49,834 bases of DNA from Vicinamibacterales bacterium (GTDB lineage Bacteria > Acidobacteriota > Vicinamibacteria > Vicinamibacterales > 2-12-FULL-66-21). Shown piece by piece: positions 44,881 to 49,834 of the stretch. The notes beneath the pieces are model-generated. The model saw only the letters and a list, made by a program, of their open reading frames with translations. It made no database searches and was not told where the DNA came from. Within the stretch, counting starts at the first letter, position 1. Each line of letters starts with the position of its first letter. The position numbers and the translations under genes were made by a program. The stretch covers positions 1 to 49,834 of the forward strand of contig JBPYFA010000297.1 in the NCBI GenBank assembly GCA_051986585.1, written 5' to 3'.

Positions 44881-45838
44881 GGAACCACCAGGCCAGACCC
44901 GCAATCGCGACGAAGGCAGCTGCCCAGAGCCACCACTTTGCGGTGCCGCCCCCCTCGTCATCGAGCGGCAGGAGCTCCGACGGGCTCGCCTCACCTGCGC
45001 GGACATCGAGGATCGCCCCGATACCGCGAAGCTCCGCCGAGAACGATGCGGCGCTCTGCGGCCGTTGGTCGATGTCCTTCGACAGGGATCTCATGATCAG
45101 CGAGTCGAGATCGGCGAGCGTTGTCGAGACCGCGTGCGCCGGAGCGATCTTCGCCGCCATCACGTTCACCGCCGTGTCCGCCGCGTTCGCAGCTGCAAAT
45201 GGATTCCGGCCGGTCAACATCTCGTACGCGATCACTCCCAGAGAAAACACGTCCGTCCGACCATCAACAGCCCCACCGACTACCTGCTCGGGGGACATGT
45301 AACTGACGACCGATACTGTTTCCGGACCGAGCGACTGGGGCGCACGCGCCGCTTCAGCCCGGATGCGGCCGCCAGTCGTCCAGCGGGCGATGCCAAACTC
45401 GAGCAGCTTCGCGCTGCCTTTGTGGGTGACGATGATCGTGTCCGGCCGAAGATCGCCGTGCAGGATGCCAAGGCCGTGGGCGTCGGCCAGCGCGTCGGCC
45501 ATCTGCACCGTCAATTCGACGACCCGGCGTGGATTGACGGAGCGCCCTTCACACTCCTGGCGCAGCGTGATCCCGGCCGCGAATTCGTAGGCAAGATAGC
45601 AGTCCCCCTCGTACTCGCCAACGTCAAAGAGCGTCGCGATATTCGGGTGTGACAGCGCCATCGCCGCACGCGCATCCTTGAAGAACGCCTCGCGTGTGGC
45701 AGCATCGGGAAACAACTCCGCCGAGAAGAACTTCAACGCGACCGTGCGGCCGACCTTGGTATCACGCGCTCGAAACAGCTCGCCGGTGGCGTTGTCTCCG
45801 AGCCGCTCCAGGACGTTGTAGTGGGCGATCGAGGTCAA
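44873..45838 (-). CDS. Membrane-anchored Ser/Thr protein kinase-like protein with degenerate catalytic motifs
   Basis: VALKFF (Lys), HGDLRPDT instead of HRDLKPxN, LEFG instead of DFG, YMSPEQ. C-terminal TM segment WWLWAAAFVAIAGLAWWFL. Confidence 0.8.
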   Translation of the reverse strand: MTSIAHYNVLERLGDNATGELFRARDTKVGRTVALKFFSAELFPDAATREAFFKDARAAMALSHPNIATLFDVGEYEGDCYLAYEFAAGITLRQECEGRSVNPRRVVELTVQMADALADAHGLGILHGDLRPDTIIVTHKGSAKLLEFGIARWTTGGRIRAEAARAPQSLGPETVSVVSYMSPEQVVGGAVDGRTDVFSLGVIAYEMLTGRNPFAAANAADTAVNVMAAKIAPAHAVSTTLADLDSLIMRSLSKDIDQRPQSAASFSAELRGIGAILDVRAGEASPSELLPLDDEGGGTAKWWLWAAAFVAIAGLAWWFLK

Positions 45839-45842
45839 GTGT

Positions 45843-46598
45843 TCAGCGCTTGGGGGGCCGTGCGGGCCGCAGCTCGACCCGGCTGGGAAGACTCCGCGGT
45901 GGATGACGGATCAGATCGACGAGCACTTCGGCGACGTCCTCTGGCGCGAGTTTCCAGTCTGCCGCAGGGCCGCCGGCCGACTCTCCCCGTCCAAAACCCG
46001 TCGACACGGAGCCAGGCAGGACGTAGCTGACGCGAATGTTGTCCTGACGGACCTCCTGCATCAGTGCCTCGCTGAACGCGTTCACCGCCGCTTTCGACGC
46101 GCAATACGCTGCACCCGACGCAAAGGGATTTTTGCCGGCAAGGCTGCTGATGTTGATAATCCAGCCGCCGCCCCGCTTCTTCAGATGCGGAATCGCCGCG
46201 TGAGAGCAGAAAAAGGTCCCACTGAGGTTCGTCTCGATGACGTCGTGCCAGGAGTCGACGTCGGTATCTGCCACGTTTCGAAAAATCCCAACGCCGGCAT
46301 TGTTCACCAGGATATCGAGACCTCCGAATTGCTCCGCCGCCGCGTCAACGGCTGCGGCCGCATCATCGGCATCACGGACATCGGCGACGGAGGTATGAAT
46401 CCGATCGTGACGTCCGGAGTCGCCGCGAGACAACAGGGTGCGCGCCTCGTCGAGGGTTGCGCCGGTGCGGCCAGTAATCGACACGCTGGCACCGCCATCG
46501 ATGAGCGCCGCCGCAATCGCCAATCCGATCCCTCGCGACCCGCCGGTGACGAGCGCGACCCGGCCCGTGAGGTCGGCGGTTTGAGCTGATACCGGCAT
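45843..46598 (-). CDS. SDR-family oxidoreductase (FabG-like)
   Basis: VTGGSRGIGLAIA, NNAG, YCASKAAV. Confidence 0.9.
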   Translation of the reverse strand: MPVSAQTADLTGRVALVTGGSRGIGLAIAAALIDGGASVSITGRTGATLDEARTLLSRGDSGRHDRIHTSVADVRDADDAAAAVDAAAEQFGGLDILVNNAGVGIFRNVADTDVDSWHDVIETNLSGTFFCSHAAIPHLKKRGGGWIINISSLAGKNPFASGAAYCASKAAVNAFSEALMQEVRQDNIRVSYVLPGSVSTGFGRGESAGGPAADWKLAPEDVAEVLVDLIRHPPRSLPSRVELRPARPPKR

Positions 46599-46682
46599 CG
46601 CTCACTAGCATAATCGAGCCGACCGCGAAATTTCGATTCGACCCTGCCATTGCCGCACCGATAGAATCAACAGCGGCTGTAC

Positions 46683-47516
46683 ATGTCTTTCGTCGCAATT
46701 ATCGGTGCCGGAACCCTGGGCGGCACGATCGCGCAAACGCTCGCGATTCGGGATCGCATTCCCGAGATTCGGCTGATCGACGCCGAGGAGCGTATCGCTC
46801 AAGGCAAGGCGCTCGACATCCGACAGTCGTCACCGGTCGAAGGATTCAGCACCATCGTCTCCGCCGGCGGGTCGGTCGCGGCTGCCGCGGGCGCGTCCGC
46901 GCTGATCGTGGCCGATCGTGCATCTGACAACGGTGAATTCACCGGCGAAGACGGACTCGCGCTGGTGCGACGGCTCATCGGCATCGAGCAGGCCGCACCG
47001 ATCGTGTTCGCGGGGGCCTCGCAGCGCGAGTTGATGGTTCGGACGCTCGGCGAGCTTCGGGTGCGCGACTCCCGGATCGTCGGCTCCGCTCCGCTCGCGT
47101 TGGAGTCCGGTCTGCGCGCGCTTGCCGGCTTATCGATCGACGCATCCGGCGTCCCGATTGCCCTGAGCGTCGTCGGCGTGCCGCCACGAGACGCCGTGGT
47201 GGCCTGGGAAGAGGCAACCATCTCCGGGCAGCCACTCTCTGCGCACCTTCCGGCTCACACGATCGCGGCGCTCAATTCAAGGATTGCCAGCTTGTGGCCG
47301 CCTGGGCACTACGCTCTCGCGTCGGCGACGACTCGCGTGACCGAAGCCATTGTGCTTGGCTCCAGGCAGCGCCTGTCGTGCTTCGTGAGCCTGCCGCGCG
47401 GACGAGTGGCCTCGATGGCGGTGGAGCTTGGCGAAGACGGCGTACGGCGCGTCGTGGAACCAGTGCTAACGAGACAGGAGAGGACTAGATTGGAGAACGG
47501 GCTCGTGAATCCATAA
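46683..47516 (+). CDS. Malate/lactate dehydrogenase-like protein lacking the catalytic residues
   Basis: The N-terminus VAIIGAGTLGGTIAQTLA...IRLIDA...AQGKALDIRQSSPVEGF aligns to MDH by eye, but the RKPGMSRDDL and GxHGD segments are replaced (see finding). Confidence 0.65.
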   Translation: MSFVAIIGAGTLGGTIAQTLAIRDRIPEIRLIDAEERIAQGKALDIRQSSPVEGFSTIVSAGGSVAAAAGASALIVADRASDNGEFTGEDGLALVRRLIGIEQAAPIVFAGASQRELMVRTLGELRVRDSRIVGSAPLALESGLRALAGLSIDASGVPIALSVVGVPPRDAVVAWEEATISGQPLSAHLPAHTIAALNSRIASLWPPGHYALASATTRVTEAIVLGSRQRLSCFVSLPRGRVASMAVELGEDGVRRVVEPVLTRQERTRLENGLVNP

Positions 47517-47694
47517 TCCCTAATCCGTGATCCCGAATCCCTGATCCGCGAATCCCGAATCCCCGAATCATTGAATCCTCGAATCTCTGCCGGATTCAGC
47601 GCCGAGAGACTCTGCGATTCTTGGATTCGCGATTCGGGATCAGCGATTCTTGGATCAGCGATTCGGGATCAGCGATTAGGGATCAGGGATTCAG
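47507..47694. repeat. Imperfect inverted repeat with the GAATCC/GATTCG vocabulary (the same as the arms of the four-helix-bundle cassette) between convergent genes, with no ORF in the loop
   Basis: 47518-47547 is the reverse complement of 47652-47681 at 27 of 30 positions. An apical mini-hairpin GAATC-n7-GATTC lies near 47580-47596. Confidence 0.85.
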
Positions 47695-48296
47695 TGTGTG
47701 GATTCGCGCGCGTGAAGGGCGAGTCCGCCGGCGAACGCGCCAAGGTGCTGGCGAAGGATCAGGCGGCCGCGATGCAAACGGGACTTCAGCGTCTGCGGCT
47801 TCACGCGGAGAATCGCGCTCGCCTCTTCGGTCGACAATCCCTGGATGTCGCGAAGGATCACCGGCACGCGATAGACCTCCGGCAGGTGCGTCAGCGCCTT
47901 GATCAGGCGATTCCGCAGTTCCGCCCGCATCACCTGATCGTCGGCAAGCGATGACCAGTCAGCGGGATCGTTTCCCGACTGATCGTTGCCGTCGTCCGGC
48001 CTGCGAACTTCATGCGGACGGCTGAACCGGCCGTTCCGCAGCCGCGACATCGCGGTGTTAAAGGTAATCCGATAAATCCAGGAAGACAGCGCCGCGTCGC
48101 CGCGGAACGCGTCAATCTTCCGGTGCACTTTCAGTAACACGTCCTGGGTGACCTCTTCGGCATCCTCCCAGTTTTTGAGATACCGGAACGCAAGCTGGTG
48201 GATTCGCGGTCCGTACGTCGAGGCAAGATCGGTGACGGCCGTGCTGTCCCCCGCCTGCATCCGGCCGATGAGTTCTTGCTCCGCCGGCTGACGCAT
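47691..48296 (-). CDS. ECF-type RNA polymerase sigma-70 factor
   Basis: Region 2 (EDAEEVTQDVLLKVHRKIDAFRG...WIYRITFN) and region 4 (LPEVYRVPVILRDIQGLSTEEASAIL). ATG 48296 is preceded by GGAGG. Confidence 0.9.
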   Translation of the reverse strand: MRQPAEQELIGRMQAGDSTAVTDLASTYGPRIHQLAFRYLKNWEDAEEVTQDVLLKVHRKIDAFRGDAALSSWIYRITFNTAMSRLRNGRFSRPHEVRRPDDGNDQSGNDPADWSSLADDQVMRAELRNRLIKALTHLPEVYRVPVILRDIQGLSTEEASAILRVKPQTLKSRLHRGRLILRQHLGAFAGGLALHARESTH

Positions 48297-48362
48297 CTGG
48301 GGCCTCCGTAAGTAGCAGAACACCGGATGGCCGCGGCTTATTCCGATTTTGAAATTAATCCG

Positions 48363-49052
48363 TTAAGAAGTTGACTTCGTGGAGTTTACTGATGAGGCTG
48401 GGATCAGATCGCGGGCGAAAACAGTACCGAACGCGTCACAGATTGCGGGAATGACCGACTCGAGCGGAAGCCGCTCGCCCGTCAGCCGCTCCAGCGATGT
48501 GACGCCCTTATCCGCAATGCCGCACGGCACAATCAGACCGAAATGGTCGAGCTTGGTCGAAACGTTAAGGGCAAAGCCGTGGCTGGTCACCCATCGCGCG
48601 ATCCGCACACCGATCGCCGCCAGTTTCTCGTCCCCCACCCACACCCCGGTCAGCCGCGACGTCCGATGCGCCGCGATGCCGAACGTGGCCACCGCTTGAA
48701 TGATCATCTCCTCGAGGTCCCGGACGTAACGGTGAACGTCCAACCGATCGGGCTTTAGATCGATGATTGGGTAGCCAACCAGCTGACCTGGGCCATGGTA
48801 AGTGACGTCTCCGCCTCTCCCTGACTCCACTACTTCGACCCCTTCTTCGCGGAGAGTTTCCGCGTTTGCGACGATATGGCTGCGATCGTCGCGCGTCTTC
48901 ACGCCCAGCGTGATAACAGGGGGATGTTCGAGAAGCAGAAGCTGATCCGGAATGGCGTCAGTCTTTCGTTGCTCGACGAGACGCTTCTGCAGATCGATGC
49001 CTTCAGCGTAGGGAATCGTTCCGAGCCAGTGGACCTCGACGATGCGAGACAT
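48363..49052 (-). CDS. lipB: Lipoyl(octanoyl) transferase
   Basis: LLLEHPPVITLG, RGGDVTYHGPGQLVGYPI, AIGVRIARWVTSHGFALNV, VPCGI. Start at ATG 49052. Confidence 0.9.
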   Translation of the reverse strand: MSRIVEVHWLGTIPYAEGIDLQKRLVEQRKTDAIPDQLLLLEHPPVITLGVKTRDDRSHIVANAETLREEGVEVVESGRGGDVTYHGPGQLVGYPIIDLKPDRLDVHRYVRDLEEMIIQAVATFGIAAHRTSRLTGVWVGDEKLAAIGVRIARWVTSHGFALNVSTKLDHFGLIVPCGIADKGVTSLERLTGERLPLESVIPAICDAFGTVFARDLIPASSVNSTKSTS

Positions 49053-49066
49053 ATGAGCGCACACGA

Positions 49067-49199
49067 AAATGCTGAAGGTTGAATGCTGAATGCTGAAGTG
49101 GTTAATTGCTGATTGGGGATTGCGGATTGAACGGTTCTTCAATCAGCAATCAGCAATCCGCAATATCATTCATCATTCAGCATTCAACCTTCAGCATTT
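49067..49199. repeat. 133-nt palindrome with a perfect 26-bp outer stem, inner GATTGC/GCAATC pairing and an apical GATTGAA-n6-TTCAATC hairpin
   Basis: 49067-49092 (AAATGCTGAAGGTTGAATGCTGAATG) is the exact reverse complement of 49174-49199. It lies between the E2 stop (49201) and the lipB start (49052). Confidence 0.95.
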
Positions 49200-49200
49200 C

Positions 49201-49833
49201 CTACATCCACGCCTCATCGAAATTTTCGAGGCGTTCCTTCACGAACCCGAGGAACCGGCCGGCGTCGGCGCCGTCCACGAGGCGGTGGTCATGGCCCAGG
49301 GTGATGTGGCACACCGGCCGGATCGCGATCGCATCGTCGATCACGACGGCACGCTTATCGATGCTGCCGACGCCAAGAATCGCGACTTGCGGCTGATTGA
49401 TGAGCGGCATCCCATACAACGCGCCGAAGATTCCCGGGTTCGTGATCGTGAATGTGCCGGCCTGCACTTCCTCTGGATTCAGTTTCTTGACGCGCGCGCG
49501 ATTGGCGAGATCGTTGATCGCGCGGCTCAGACCAAGCAGGTTTTTCTCGTCAGCGTTCCTGATCACCGGAACAATCAGTCCGTTATCGAGCGCGACGGCG
49601 ATCCCGAGATTGATGTCCTTCTTGTAGATGATGTTGTCGCCGTCGAGCGAGGCATTGACGATCGGAAACTGCCGCAGCGCGTCAATCGCCACCTTGGCAA
49701 TGAACGCGGTATAGGTCAAGCGCGCGCCGCCTGCTTCGTAGTCCGCCTTCTTCTTCTCCCGCAATACGGCGACGCGGCCGAAATTCACTTCATACACCGA
49801 ATAGACGTGCGGCGACGTGTGCGCGCTGAGCAC
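49201..49833 (-). CDS. 2-oxoacid dehydrogenase E2 component (dihydrolipoamide acyltransferase), C-terminal catalytic domain; 5' end lies outside the window
   Basis: ...TNPGIFG...HITLGHDHRLVDGADAGRFL (DHRxxDG catalytic motif). Confidence 0.9.
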   Translation of the reverse strand: MLSAHTSPHVYSVYEVNFGRVAVLREKKKADYEAGGARLTYTAFIAKVAIDALRQFPIVNASLDGDNIIYKKDINLGIAVALDNGLIVPVIRNADEKNLLGLSRAINDLANRARVKKLNPEEVQAGTFTITNPGIFGALYGMPLINQPQVAILGVGSIDKRAVVIDDAIAIRPVCHITLGHDHRLVDGADAGRFLGFVKERLENFDEAWM

Positions 49834-49834
49834 C

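Noticed and set aside
1-49834. Mobile genetic element, prophage, toxin-antitoxin or defence island
   Set aside because: I saw no transposase, integrase, recombinase, phage structural, restriction-modification, Cas, reverse transcriptase or typical toxin/antitoxin motifs in any frame. Gene content is housekeeping, and apart from small genes (27696..28151, 25763..26158) composition looks uniform by eye.

Overview
This is visibly GC-rich bacterial chromosomal DNA. The hpnCDE squalene genes, the CarboxypepD_reg/TPR protein and the repeat style make me guess an Acidobacteriota-like soil bacterium, but that is a guess, not a result. The window holds about 50 tightly packed, mostly housekeeping CDS. 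They include a TetR-headed fatty-acid beta-oxidation operon: a FadN-like dehydrogenase/hydratase, two alpha/beta hydrolases, a thiolase, a frameshifted long acyl-CoA dehydrogenase, DUF1684, HAD and a SirB1-like gene. Other genes are GDP-fucose synthase, M20 peptidase, sulfurtransferase, double-domain ThyX, peptide deformylase, a MutY-like/MutT-like pair, PduO adenosyltransferase, hpnC-hpnD-hpnE, ThiI, LacD-type aldolase, CPA2 antiporter, DsbA, YgfZ, PntAA, an FHA protein, a degenerate Ser/Thr kinase, an ECF sigma factor, LipB and the 3' end of a 2-oxoacid dehydrogenase E2. I saw no rRNA, tRNA, CRISPR, transposase, integrase, phage or recognisable defence genes. What the gene list does not explain is a family of low-complexity, mostly self-complementary (hairpin-forming) elements built from 5-23 nt motifs. 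They occupy at least 11 gene boundaries and often supply the stop codon or last codons of flanking genes. One of them carries a four-helix-bundle ORF (23S rRNA intervening-sequence protein family) in its loop, which is an IVS-like cassette outside rRNA. This is my best candidate for an undescribed system. Other observations: good -10 hexamers sit exactly 6 nt before start codons at six or more operon heads, suggesting leaderless mRNAs. A PLP enzyme has no canonical start codon, and its CTG overlaps the stop of a receiver-domain gene. An in-frame 96-nt hairpin-bearing duplication sits inside a lipoprotein signal peptide. There are degenerate kinase and malate-dehydrogenase-like proteins, a split MutY/Nudix arrangement, and a FadR-box-like palindrome over the TetR start.
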